Positions 37,081 through 46,254 of a stretch of DNA of 64,000 bases are shown here, piece after piece. How positions within the stretch are numbered: the first letter of the stretch is position 1; every line of letters begins with the position of its first letter. The stretch spans positions 300,776 through 364,775 of the forward strand of contig JBBTRF010000001.1 of the NCBI GenBank assembly GCA_038065315.1. Reading direction: 5' to 3'. The stretch comes from Patescibacteria group bacterium. Its GTDB lineage: Bacteria > Patescibacteriota > Minisyncoccia > Phycocordibacterales > JBBTRF01. The notes under the pieces are model-generated. The model was not told the origin of the DNA. It saw only the letters and a list, made by a program, of their open reading frames with translations, and searched no databases. Both the position numbers and the translations under genes were made by a program.

Positions 37081-37701
37081 ATGTCTGACACCAACATGAA
37101 ACTTCTACTTACATCAGCTGGACTGAGCAACAAGAAGATATCTAATCTTCTTGTTTCGATGCTGCAGAAAAAACCGAACGAGTGCTCCGTATTATTGGTA
37201 GCGTACGCACAAAACAACAACGAGCAATTCTACGTGAAAGAATCAAAAAAAGAATTGATCGATCTCGGTCTGTCCAGCATCTCCTTTTTTAACCTAAAAG
37301 AAAGCACTTTTGAGGAAACATGCGAATATGACCTGATCTATGTCTGCGGTGGCAACACCTTTGCCATCTTAGATCAAATGCGCGCAACCGGCATCGACAA
37401 GTTTATTACGGACTCAGTCAAAAGTGGCAAGAGTATCTATCTTGGAGTAAGTGCTGGCAGTATCATCGCCGGGCCTGATATTTTGATTGCTGGCCATGGT
37501 AGCGAGGGAGATAAAAATGAGATTGCATTAAAAGACCTGGCAGGACTTGCACTTACGAACGTATCCGTATTCCCACATTTCAAATCACACCAAAGAAGTG
37601 AAGTTGATGAGTTTAGAAATAAAGTGGATAACCCTGTAATTGAACTGACCGACGACGAAGCCGTACTTGTCGACGAAGCCGGATACCGAATCATCCGATA
37701 A
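37081..37701 (+). CDS. peptidase S51 (dipeptidase E/PepE-like), class I glutamine amidotransferase-like fold
   Basis: Begins LLLTSAGL. Ser-nucleophile region LGVSAGSIIAG, then HF. Confidence 0.65.
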   Translation: MSDTNMKLLLTSAGLSNKKISNLLVSMLQKKPNECSVLLVAYAQNNNEQFYVKESKKELIDLGLSSISFFNLKESTFEETCEYDLIYVCGGNTFAILDQMRATGIDKFITDSVKSGKSIYLGVSAGSIIAGPDILIAGHGSEGDKNEIALKDLAGLALTNVSVFPHFKSHQRSEVDEFRNKVDNPVIELTDDEAVLVDEAGYRIIR

Positions 37702-37707
37702 AAAAGA

Positions 37708-39090
37708 CTACTTCCCCCTCGGATCAAAAATCGACGGCTCTAGCGTATCGCCCCGTACGATCTGTGCGATGCGCTTGCCGCCGTAGATAGAGGGCAGGAT
37801 ACCGACGCCGTTACAGCCGAGGTTGTAGAGGAGTACGGGGTTGCACGGTTCGGCACCGACACGACGGATACCATTGGGCGTGTACCCCATCAGGCCGTGC
37901 CAAGAGAACGCGTATTCGGTAGGCTCGCCTGGGTATTTTCGATAATTTTGCCGCAAAAACATGTCGATCTTCTCACGATACTCTTCAGAGAGCTCGTCAT
38001 CGCGTGAATAGACCGCCATATTCGGCAACACCTTTTCCGGACCGCCGGTGCAGATCAGGTTGTGCGGAATATTCTTCTTTTCCTCGTGTTCGTGCGGACG
38101 GCGTGTGAGATAGAAATATGCGTCGCCGGTCGGGTCGCCGGAAATATCGTTTTCCTTCAAAAAATAGCTAATCGCGGTGGGCGGATTGTCGAGCGGTTCG
38201 ACATAGCCGGCCATGTAGCCGATACGGCCATGCACCGAATGATGAAAGCTGGTGTCAACCTCGCTGCCGCACAGATTCTGGATCGTGAAATGGGTAAAGC
38301 CATTGGTACACAGCACAATGCGCTCGCAGAGGATGGTGAAATCCCCCACCTTCACCACGCCGCCGATATCGCGGAGGATCACCGTCTTCACCGGACTCTG
38401 CTCGAAAAACGAAAAGCGGTCTTTGAATGCACTCGCGAGATACGCCAGCAATTCCTCGCACAAGAGCGCACTGTTCGTGCAACCCTTTTGGTATGAAAAA
38501 GACGCGATGTAGTCGGGATTATTGGTCTCGAGCAGGCCTAAAATGTCTGATTGCGGAGCGACGCTATACAGGTCGCGGTACATTTTTGGGATGTCATTCA
38601 GGTGGTCAAACTCCTTCGCCACGAGAATCGACTCGATCGGCAGGCCGCCCTTGAGTCGGCACGCATTGTTCTTCAATACTGTCTCTAGGTCATCCCAACC
38701 GGTACACCCTGCATAGCCAGTGAAGCGGTACAGCGGCGTCTTCAGGCCCGCATCTGCCATCATTTGGTCGATGAGGGTCCAGGCCGACTCCACAGCGCGT
38801 TGCCCGGCGATCGCCATCGTAAGGCCAAATTCTTTTGCGATGTCGTGGATGGGCCGCTCGAAATATGAGGTGATTTGGCCGGCGTTGTGGCCGCTCGCAC
38901 CATGCGCGATCTTGTCGGCTTCGAGCAGGAGTACCCGCTTGTTCGTTTCCTTGAGCAGGAAATACGCCGTGGCAATACCCGCGATACCGCCACCGACCAC
39001 CACCACATCGGTTTCCGCATCTTTATCCAACGCCACCGCCGGTCGGGTGCGCTTGAGCTGATGGATCCAAGGCGAGTGGTTTTTCAGCAT
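37708..39090 (-). CDS. FAD-dependent oxidoreductase (DAO family)
   Basis: N-terminal DVVVVGGGIAGIATAY Rossmann motif. C-terminal LYNLGCNGVGILPS. Confidence 0.75.
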   Translation of the reverse strand: MLKNHSPWIHQLKRTRPAVALDKDAETDVVVVGGGIAGIATAYFLLKETNKRVLLLEADKIAHGASGHNAGQITSYFERPIHDIAKEFGLTMAIAGQRAVESAWTLIDQMMADAGLKTPLYRFTGYAGCTGWDDLETVLKNNACRLKGGLPIESILVAKEFDHLNDIPKMYRDLYSVAPQSDILGLLETNNPDYIASFSYQKGCTNSALLCEELLAYLASAFKDRFSFFEQSPVKTVILRDIGGVVKVGDFTILCERIVLCTNGFTHFTIQNLCGSEVDTSFHHSVHGRIGYMAGYVEPLDNPPTAISYFLKENDISGDPTGDAYFYLTRRPHEHEEKKNIPHNLICTGGPEKVLPNMAVYSRDDELSEEYREKIDMFLRQNYRKYPGEPTEYAFSWHGLMGYTPNGIRRVGAEPCNPVLLYNLGCNGVGILPSIYGGKRIAQIVRGDTLEPSIFDPRGK

Positions 39091-39218
39091 GAAGATGTTC
39101 TAAAGATAGTCTAAATTGCGCTAAATATAGCAAAATAGTAGCACGCGAACTAGAAATCTGCCACGGAAACAAGGTGGAGAAAACTAGACACATGAACCAT
39201 TGATAGTATAATTTATAC

Positions 39219-39989
39219 ATGATTTCTAAGTGGTACGACAAAAAAGCTGCAGTGCTGCAATCTCGAAAGAAGGGGTTATCTTTTCGTGAATTAGAAGAGA
39301 AATTTGGCGTACCCCGCTCCACACTGAGCGGTTGGTGCAAAGAAGTTTCATTAAGTCCCTCAAATGAGGAGCGCCTTCAGAAAAAGTGGCGAAAAGGCTT
39401 GAGAAAAGGGCGCATAGGAGCAGTGCGTTGGCATAATACCCAGAAACAAATCCGAATAGATGCGGCGAAAAAATCAGCCGTCGATGTCCTGGAAAGGATC
39501 GACCTTACTGACAAGAACGTACTTGAGACACTACTCGCCTTCCTCTATTTAGGAGAGGGCTTCAAAACTACGAGCACGGGTATCGGGAATAGTAACCCAC
39601 TCATATTACAATTTTTTGTATCAATGCTGCGAAATGTCTATGAAATACCTGCGAAGAAACTGCGATGTGAACTCCACCTGCGAGCAGACCAAGACGGAGA
39701 AAAAATGAAGAAATACTGGTCGAAGTCACTTGGGATACCGATCAAAAACTTCACCTCCCCACATTTTGACAAACGCACCATTGGCTTCCCCACTTATCCG
39801 CAGTATAAAGGGGTATGTTTGGTGCGGTGTGGAAATATTGCCATACAACGAAAATTAGTATATCTTAGCGAGATAGCGTGCAAGCAAATCGTTGGGCGGT
39901 TAGCTCACTTGGTAGAGCGCGTCGTTGACGTCGACGAGGTAACAGGTTCGAGCCCTGTACCGCCCACACATGACCGCAGATACGCATAA
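39219..39989 (+). CDS. hypothetical HTH-domain protein with LAGLIDADG-like motif; ORF reads through tRNA-Val
   Basis: N-terminal HTH-like segment (SFRELEEKFGVPRSTLSGW). Internal LAFLYLGEGFKTT resembles a LAGLIDADG block. The last ~30 codons (GRLAHLVERVVDVDEVTGSSPVP) are the tRNA-Val gene translated in frame, so the true 3' end is uncertain. Confidence 0.4.
   Translation: MISKWYDKKAAVLQSRKKGLSFRELEEKFGVPRSTLSGWCKEVSLSPSNEERLQKKWRKGLRKGRIGAVRWHNTQKQIRIDAAKKSAVDVLERIDLTDKNVLETLLAFLYLGEGFKTTSTGIGNSNPLILQFFVSMLRNVYEIPAKKLRCELHLRADQDGEKMKKYWSKSLGIPIKNFTSPHFDKRTIGFPTYPQYKGVCLVRCGNIAIQRKLVYLSEIACKQIVGRLAHLVERVVDVDEVTGSSPVPPTHDRRYA
39894..39966 (+). tRNA. tRNA-Val (GAC)
   Basis: Sequence GGGCGGTTAGCTCACTTGGTAGAGCGCGTCGTTGACGTCGACG...GGTTCGAGCCCTGTACCGCCCA. 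The anticodon loop TTGACGT gives GAC. Confidence 0.85.
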
Positions 39990-41619
39990 GCATGCCGCAG
40001 GATTGATCCCGTATTTTTTGTCGACCTCGAAAAATGAATACAGTGTCTTCGTCCAGCGTCGCTCGACAGACGCCAAGCGCAATCCAAATGTTTTTGGCTT
40101 GTTTGGCGGTGGTATCGAAGCTGGTGAAACACCCGAACAGGGCCTACATCGCGAGATTCTTGAGGAGCTGAGCATTGACCTCGACAAGCCCGAGTACCGC
40201 GCGGCAGTGGCGCCGATCGGCACCTTTGATTACGCCGACTCAATCGGCAAAGTCCGCGCACACGAATACGCCCTGCCAGTGACGCCGGATTTTGCAAAGC
40301 AAGTGAAGATCGGCGAAGGTCAATATGGCATTTTTATGAGCGAAACGGAGATCCGCGAGAGTGGCGAATTTCTCGAAGGTCATCGGCAGATGATCCTCGA
40401 TTTTCTTGGGTCGATCAAAGCACCACGCATCATTCTCGGCATCGAGACGAGCTGCGACGAGACCGCACTCAGCCTCGTCCGCACACAAGGTCGCAACGTG
40501 CAGGTGCTCGGACATGAATTGATCTCGCAGATCGATGTACATCGACCATACGGCGGAGTTTTTCCGGTCCTCGCCAAGCGTGAACACGGACGCAACCTTG
40601 TGCCACTCCTAGAAAAGATCCTGTTGAATGATCCGGCACTGCCGCAGGTGGCGTGGACCGGTCCGAGCGAAGCGATCCTCGCAGAGATTCGCGTCATTCT
40701 CGCCCGTGAAGCCGAATTACTCGCGCTTTTTGAGGCATTTATTGAACGCCGATGTGCCTCTGGTGCCGCGACATCCGACAGTGCCGCATCCAACACCACC
40801 CGACCTGCCATCGACGCCATCGCTGTCACTGAAGGCCCAGGCCTCGAGCCAGCACTCTGGGTTGGCGTCGGCTTTGCAAAAGCGCTTGCACTACTTTGGA
40901 ATGTGCCGATCATCCCGATCAATCATATGGAAGGTCATGTTGTGGCCTCCCTTCTCACTACCCAGTCGCACGGTGGTCTTGCGGAGCTCGCCAAGCCGCC
41001 GCTGCCAGCGCTGGCGCTCTTGATCAGCGGCGGCCACACCGAGCTCGTACTGATCCAGGCGCTCAGCTCATATGAAATCATCGGCAAGACGCGCGACGAC
41101 GCAGTGGGCGAAGCCTTCGACAAAGTCGCGCGCATCCTCGGTCTGCCTTATCCGGGCGGCCCGCAGATCAGCACTCTTGCTAAGACGGTCACCTCGAGCC
41201 AATACACCCTGCCGCGCCCAATGATCCATTCCAAGGACCTTGATTTCTCTTTTTCCGGCCTGAAGACCGCCGCGCTCTATCTCACCAAAGAAATTGAAAA
41301 AACTCACCCCCTCACCAACACCGACAAAGCCGAAATCGCGTACGAAACCGAGCAAGCCATCGCCGAAGTGTTGACCAAAAAGACCTCGCGAGCTATTGAG
41401 CAACACAATATCCAGTCTCTCATCATCGGCGGCGGCGTCATTGCGAACACGGTGCTCCGTGAAGCCTTTGGAACGCTCGCCAAACACTATTCCATCCCCC
41501 TTTTCCTCCCAACCAACGCACTTGCAACCGACAACGCAGTCATGATCGCCGTGGCAGCCACACTGAAAGGCACGAGCGGCCAGCGAGCGCCTGTCGTGAA
41601 GGGCAATTTGTCGCTCTAG
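39970..41619 (+). CDS. tsaD: Nudix hydrolase domain fused to tRNA N6-adenosine threonylcarbamoyltransferase TsaD
   Basis: Residues ~40-65 carry a Nudix box (GGGIEAGETPEQGLHREILEELSI). From ~150 onward it is TsaD (RIILGIETSCDETALSLV, NHMEGHV, GGGVIANTVLRE). The ORF is a single continuous 549 aa. Confidence 0.8.
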   Translation: MTADTHKHAAGLIPYFLSTSKNEYSVFVQRRSTDAKRNPNVFGLFGGGIEAGETPEQGLHREILEELSIDLDKPEYRAAVAPIGTFDYADSIGKVRAHEYALPVTPDFAKQVKIGEGQYGIFMSETEIRESGEFLEGHRQMILDFLGSIKAPRIILGIETSCDETALSLVRTQGRNVQVLGHELISQIDVHRPYGGVFPVLAKREHGRNLVPLLEKILLNDPALPQVAWTGPSEAILAEIRVILAREAELLALFEAFIERRCASGAATSDSAASNTTRPAIDAIAVTEGPGLEPALWVGVGFAKALALLWNVPIIPINHMEGHVVASLLTTQSHGGLAELAKPPLPALALLISGGHTELVLIQALSSYEIIGKTRDDAVGEAFDKVARILGLPYPGGPQISTLAKTVTSSQYTLPRPMIHSKDLDFSFSGLKTAALYLTKEIEKTHPLTNTDKAEIAYETEQAIAEVLTKKTSRAIEQHNIQSLIIGGGVIANTVLREAFGTLAKHYSIPLFLPTNALATDNAVMIAVAATLKGTSGQRAPVVKGNLSL

Positions 41620-41627
41620 GGCCTTTT

Positions 41628-41636
41628 TGCTATGAT
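41628..41636 (+). promoter_or_regulatory. extended -10 box TGCTATGAT, 8 nt upstream of the valS ATG
   Basis: Same architecture as the other promoter boxes. Confidence 0.45.
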
Positions 41637-41644
41637 ACAGCGAC

Positions 41645-43876
41645 ATGAATGATAAGTTCCTGAAGCCGTATTCTCCACAGGATACCGAGGCGAATATCTA
41701 TACACGCTGGCAAGAGAGCGGTTTTTTTAATCCCGACACGCTTGCCGCGTTGGGCGCCAAAATGCCAACGGGAGGATCTGTGCCACGCTTCACCAAGCCC
41801 TTCACTATCGTGATGCCGCCGCCAAACGCCAACGGCAATCTCCACGTCGGCCACGCTCTCGCCATCGCCCTTGAGGACATCATGATCCGCTACAAACGCA
41901 TGCAGGGCTTCAAGACCCTCTGGGTGCCAGGCGCCGACCATGCCGGCTTCGAGACGCAGATCGTGTACGAGAAGAAGCTCGAGAAAGAAGGACGCTCTCG
42001 CTTCAAAATGGATCCTCAGGACCTCTACAAAGAGATTCTCGCCTTCACCCTTGAAAACAAAGGCAACATGGAAGCTCAAGTGCGCGCGCTCGGAGCTTCT
42101 TGCGATTGGTCTCGCGAGAAATTCACCCTCGATCCTGACGTCGTGGCCGAAACGCATCGCACGTTCCAGAAAATGTATGACGACGGCCTCGTGTACCGCG
42201 GCTCGCGCATTGTGAATTGGTGCTCCAAGCACGCCACCTCCCTTTCCGACGTGGAGACCGAGAGCAAGGAAAAAACCGACCCATTTTACTATTTCAAATA
42301 CGGCCCATTCACTATCGGCACCGCTCGACCAGAGACAAAATTCGGCGACAAATACGTGGTGATGCACCCAGAGGACAAGCGCTACGCCGAATACAAGCAA
42401 GGGCAGAAGATCGACCTCGAATGGATCAACGGCCCGATCACTGCGACCGTCATCAAGGACGAAGCGATCGACATGGAGTTCGGTACCGGCGTGATGACCA
42501 TCACCCCATGGCATGATGCGGTGGACTTTGGCATTGCCGAGCGACACAAGCTCGACCGCGAACAGGTTATCGACATGCGAGGCAAGCTCCTCCCTATCGC
42601 TGGCGAATTTTCGGGCCTGAAGATCGCCGAAGCTCGACCAAAAATCGTCGAGAAGCTCAGGGCCAAAGGCTTGCTCGTGAAAGTGGACGAAAAATACGTA
42701 CACAATGTCCCTGTCTGCTACAAATGCGAGACCGCGATTGAGCCGCAGATCCTCCCACAATGGTTCGTGAAGATGCAGCCGCTCGCGGAGAAGGCGATCA
42801 AAGCTGTGGAAGCTGGTGAAGTAGTCTTCCAGCCAGACAACTACCGCAAAATCTTCCTCTACTGGATGAACAACACCCTCGATTGGAACATTTCCCGACA
42901 GATTGTCTGGGGCATTCCAATTCCTGCAAAGATCTGCGACGCTTGTGGTTTTGCTGCACCTGACCTCGAGCACAAGCTCACTACTTGCCCTAGCTGCAAG
43001 ACAGCAACCCCACTCCGCATCGACACCGACACCTTCGACACCTGGTTCTCCTCGGGCCAGTGGCCACTGCTTTCGCTCGGCTATTCAAAGGGCGCTGATT
43101 GGAAGTCTTTCTACCCCACCGACGTCATGGAGACCGGTTCGGACCTGATCTTCAAATGGATCCCACGCATGGTGATCTTCGGCCTCTACCTTACCGGCAA
43201 GGCACCATTCCACACCGTATACCTCCACGGCCTCGTAAATGACGCTCAAGGCAAGAAGATGAGCAAGAGTAAAGGCAATGTCACCAATCCAACCGACCTC
43301 ATCGCCAAGTACGGCACCGACGCGCTGCGCATCGGTCTGATTGTCGGAAATACGCCTGGCACCAACCTCGCTCTCTCCGAAGACAAGATCCGCGGGTACA
43401 AAAACTTTGCCAACAAGCTCTGGAATATTAGCCGCTTCGTACTCGAGAGCACTTCCGGTCAGGGCGCGACGACCGCCTTTGCCTACGACCCCGTCTTTTC
43501 TGCCTGGTCTGAAGCTGAAAAAGCGCTCACGGCGGAAAGAGACGCCCTTGTCGCCGAGATCACGAAAGAAATGGACGACAACAAATTCTACCTCGTCGCC
43601 GAAAAGCTGTACCACTACATCTGGCACCGCTTCGCCGATGTCATCCTCGAAGACAGCAAGACGATTCTCGGATCAGCCGCTCCTAGTGCCGCTCCGACCA
43701 CCGCAACACCTGCAGACAAAACTTCTCGTGCGCAGTTTTTGCTTCATACCCATCGCGCTATCCTGAAGACGATGCACCCCTTCATCCCATTCGTGACCGA
43801 AGAGATCTGGTCCTTGCTGCCAAAGGCCACAGGCGAGCAGGAACTCTTGATGGTGGAAAAGTGGCCGACGGCGTAG
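41645..43876 (+). CDS. valS: valine--tRNA ligase (short form, 743 aa)
   Basis: HIGH motif PPNANGNLHVGHA. KMSKS motif KMSKSKGN. CP1 editing domain present. TGCTATGAT lies 8 nt upstream. Confidence 0.9.
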   Translation: MNDKFLKPYSPQDTEANIYTRWQESGFFNPDTLAALGAKMPTGGSVPRFTKPFTIVMPPPNANGNLHVGHALAIALEDIMIRYKRMQGFKTLWVPGADHAGFETQIVYEKKLEKEGRSRFKMDPQDLYKEILAFTLENKGNMEAQVRALGASCDWSREKFTLDPDVVAETHRTFQKMYDDGLVYRGSRIVNWCSKHATSLSDVETESKEKTDPFYYFKYGPFTIGTARPETKFGDKYVVMHPEDKRYAEYKQGQKIDLEWINGPITATVIKDEAIDMEFGTGVMTITPWHDAVDFGIAERHKLDREQVIDMRGKLLPIAGEFSGLKIAEARPKIVEKLRAKGLLVKVDEKYVHNVPVCYKCETAIEPQILPQWFVKMQPLAEKAIKAVEAGEVVFQPDNYRKIFLYWMNNTLDWNISRQIVWGIPIPAKICDACGFAAPDLEHKLTTCPSCKTATPLRIDTDTFDTWFSSGQWPLLSLGYSKGADWKSFYPTDVMETGSDLIFKWIPRMVIFGLYLTGKAPFHTVYLHGLVNDAQGKKMSKSKGNVTNPTDLIAKYGTDALRIGLIVGNTPGTNLALSEDKIRGYKNFANKLWNISRFVLESTSGQGATTAFAYDPVFSAWSEAEKALTAERDALVAEITKEMDDNKFYLVAEKLYHYIWHRFADVILEDSKTILGSAAPSAAPTTATPADKTSRAQFLLHTHRAILKTMHPFIPFVTEEIWSLLPKATGEQELLMVEKWPTA

Positions 43877-43912
43877 CCGCCGCGCAGTCCACAAAGGCGG
43901 TGCGACGACGAG

Positions 43913-43921
43913 TGCTATAAT
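43913..43921 (+). promoter_or_regulatory. extended -10 box TGCTATAAT, 5 nt upstream of the PrsW ATG
   Basis: Consensus TGnTATAAT with no room for a Shine-Dalgarno leader. Confidence 0.5.
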
Positions 43922-43927
43922 TGCGGC

Positions 43928-44617
43928 ATGCATCTGCCGCCGCTCAATCTCTTTTTGACCTTGCTTGCGGGCATCATTCCCCCGCTCATTTGGCTAAAAC
44001 TGTGGCTGAAAGAAGATGTGCATCCTGAACCGCGCCGACTCATCCTTACTGCTTTCATCGGCGGCATGATCGCTGTGCCCTTCGTGATCCCACTGCAAGG
44101 CTTTGTGAAGGGAGCGGTGGCCAACGCCGTGACAGTAGTCATTCTCTGGGCACTCATTGAAGAAACACTGAAATTCCTCGCCGGGTACTACACAGCCATG
44201 ACCAAAAAGGTCAACAACGAGCCGATCGACCCGGTGATGTTTATGCTCACTGCCGCCCTCGGCTTTGCGGCACTGGAAAATGTCCTCTTCATCATCAACC
44301 CGGCCATGGTCGGAGACTTATACACAGGCCTCATCACTTCCAACCTCCGCTTCGTCGGCGCCACCCTCGTACACCTTGTCTGCTCCTCTGCTGTGGGTAT
44401 TAGCCTCGGTTTGGCTTTCTACAAAAGTCGTGCGAGCAAGCTGCTCCACCTGGTGGCCGGAATTCTCATCGCCACGGCGTTGCATTCGACCTTCAATCTC
44501 CTTATAATGAATGCTACCGGAATGAGCACTTTCGGAATTTTCTTCGGGGTCTGGGTCTCGGTCATCGTCTTGGCGCTCTTTTTTGAAAAGGTGAAGCGTG
44601 TCGAGCCGACAGAATAG
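43928..44617 (+). CDS. PrsW-family intramembrane metalloprotease
   Basis: Multi-TM with the EETLKF motif, FAALEN motif and conserved His (HLVCSSAVGISLG). TGCTATAAT lies 5 nt upstream of the ATG. Confidence 0.65.
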   Translation: MHLPPLNLFLTLLAGIIPPLIWLKLWLKEDVHPEPRRLILTAFIGGMIAVPFVIPLQGFVKGAVANAVTVVILWALIEETLKFLAGYYTAMTKKVNNEPIDPVMFMLTAALGFAALENVLFIINPAMVGDLYTGLITSNLRFVGATLVHLVCSSAVGISLGLAFYKSRASKLLHLVAGILIATALHSTFNLLIMNATGMSTFGIFFGVWVSVIVLALFFEKVKRVEPTE

Positions 44618-44644
44618 GCAATAATCATCAATTATTTACATCCA

Positions 44645-45130
44645 ATGGCAAAAGAAAAGCGATCATTTTTTGAGAAGCTCACCGGCGCAGTACACGTCGA
44701 GGACGACCTCGAGCCAACGCCTCGAAAGGCCGGCGCCCATGCGTCTGAGTCGCGAAGCGATGCGGCCAAGCGCGAAGAGTGGTCAGAGGAAGGCGCTGAA
44801 GGACAGTTGCCGGTGGATGTGTACCAGACCCCTACCGATATTTTCATCAAAACGCTCATCCCAGGTACGAAAGTGGATGATTTGGACATTTCCATTACTC
44901 GCGACATGGTGACGATCAAGGGCAAGCGCGAAGCGAGCCGCGAGATCGCCGAGGATGACTACTTTTTCCGCGAATTGTACTGGGGTTCTTTTTCTCGAAC
45001 CATTCTTTTGCCGCAGGAGATTGACGTGGAGGGTGCCGAGGCCGGCGAGAAGCTCGGACTACTCACGATCCGCCTGCCAAAGATCGATAAATCTCGCCAG
45101 ACGAAGCTGAAGGTGAAGTCGGGGTACTAA
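44645..45130 (+). CDS. Hsp20/alpha-crystallin small heat-shock protein
   Basis: Alpha-crystallin domain (VDVYQTPTDIFIKTLIPGTKVDDLDISI...GLLTIRLPK). Confidence 0.85.
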   Translation: MAKEKRSFFEKLTGAVHVEDDLEPTPRKAGAHASESRSDAAKREEWSEEGAEGQLPVDVYQTPTDIFIKTLIPGTKVDDLDISITRDMVTIKGKREASREIAEDDYFFRELYWGSFSRTILLPQEIDVEGAEAGEKLGLLTIRLPKIDKSRQTKLKVKSGY

Positions 45131-45132
45131 AC

Positions 45133-45178
45133 AACAGAAAAAAGCGCGACCATCGGGTCGCGCTTTTTTCTGTTGCTT
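45133..45178 (+). terminator. rho-independent terminator
   Basis: CAGAAAAAAGCGCGACC-catc-GGGTCGCGCTTTTTTCTG. Confidence 0.75.
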
Positions 45179-45189
45179 TTTCGCTGCGG

Positions 45190-45262
45190 TGCTTGGGACC
45201 AGATTTGAACTGGTGACCCTTCCCTCTTCAGGGGAATGCTCTACCAACTGAGCTACCCAAGC
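45190..45262 (-). tRNA. tRNA-Phe (GAA)
   Basis: The reverse complement GCTTGGGTAGCTCAGTTGGTAGAGCATTCCCCTGAAGAGGGAAG...GGTTCAAATCTGGTCCCAAGCACC folds with anticodon GAA. Confidence 0.85.
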
Positions 45263-45287
45263 ATGTTGTGCGCCCTCGCACTAATGA

Positions 45288-45593
45288 TTAATTCGTGAGC
45301 TGCTTGATGAGGCCGGCGTAATTCGATGTCGCACCGCCACCAATATCCTTCACGGTGCCAGCGACATCCTGCAAACCCTCGTAGTACGGCCGGAGAGCCT
45401 GCAAAGCGACGCCGCCGAGGCCAATGATGATCACCCAGTACGCGACCTTGGCAAATCGGCCAATGAGCTGAGACCGACGGATCGAGGTCAGCATTTCGTG
45501 ATTCTCTTTGGCGAGATCGTATGTTTTTTCAAGCAATTTTCGATCCTCCGGACTCATGCCAAAGAGTATAGCAGAAATGCGAAAAACGGGCAA
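45288..45593 (-). CDS. hypothetical small membrane protein
   Basis: 101 aa, one or two TM. No domain. Confidence 0.3.
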   Translation of the reverse strand: MPVFRISAILFGMSPEDRKLLEKTYDLAKENHEMLTSIRRSQLIGRFAKVAYWVIIIGLGGVALQALRPYYEGLQDVAGTVKDIGGGATSNYAGLIKQLTN

Positions 45594-45845
45594 AATGCGC
45601 GGTCGTAGAGGGCGTTTTTAACATAAACACTTGGGCACCGAAAGAGTTTCTGAAATTTCGATGAGGTTTAGTCTTTGAGATAGGCGATGGCCTCTTTAGC
45701 AGTGGCAAAACGGGGAGAAAGATTTTTACCTTTCTTGATATCATTGAGTATCTTGTCGATACTGAATATTACTTGCGTATTCATTTATATATCATATATC
45801 TATTAGATATATACGACAACCCGTGCGGCATTATTGAGTTTCTGG

Positions 45846-45918
45846 TGCCCCCGGCCGGAATCGAACCGACATCAAATCCTTAGGACGGACTCGTTCTGAT
45901 CCATTGAACTACGGAGGC
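45846..45918 (-). tRNA. tRNA-Arg (CCT)
   Basis: The reverse complement GCCTCCGTAGTTCAATGGATCAGAACGAGTCCGTCCTAAGGATT...GTCGGTTCGATTCCGGCCGGGGGCACC folds with anticodon loop GTCCTAA (CCT). Confidence 0.75.
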
Positions 45919-45941
45919 GCATGGCCACTATATCACGAGGC

Positions 45942-46178
45942 CTATTTCACCCCAAGAGCCGCAGCGAAAGCCGGCTTGTCGAAGCCCACCATGATGCTGC
46001 CGTCGATATCGATCACTGGCACACCCATCTGACCGCTCTTCTCCACCATCTCCTTGCGCCTCGCGAGATCGCTGGCAACATTGTGCTCGGTGTACGAGAT
46101 GCCCTTCGACTTCATGAAATCTTTCGCGAGGTTGCAGTAATGACAGGTTGGGGTTGAGTAGATGGTGACGTTTTTCAT
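45942..46178 (-). CDS. glutaredoxin-like protein (CHYC active site)
   Basis: 78 aa (VTIYSTPTCHYCNLAKDFM...GVPVIDIDG). TGCTATACT lies ~34 nt upstream. Confidence 0.8.
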   Translation of the reverse strand: MKNVTIYSTPTCHYCNLAKDFMKSKGISYTEHNVASDLARRKEMVEKSGQMGVPVIDIDGSIMVGFDKPAFAAALGVK

Positions 46179-46254
46179 GCTGGTACGTGGTTAGTTGGTG
46201 AGGGTAAGTATAGCAAGAGGAGGTGGAAATGTGCAAAGTCCCTCACAAGAAATC

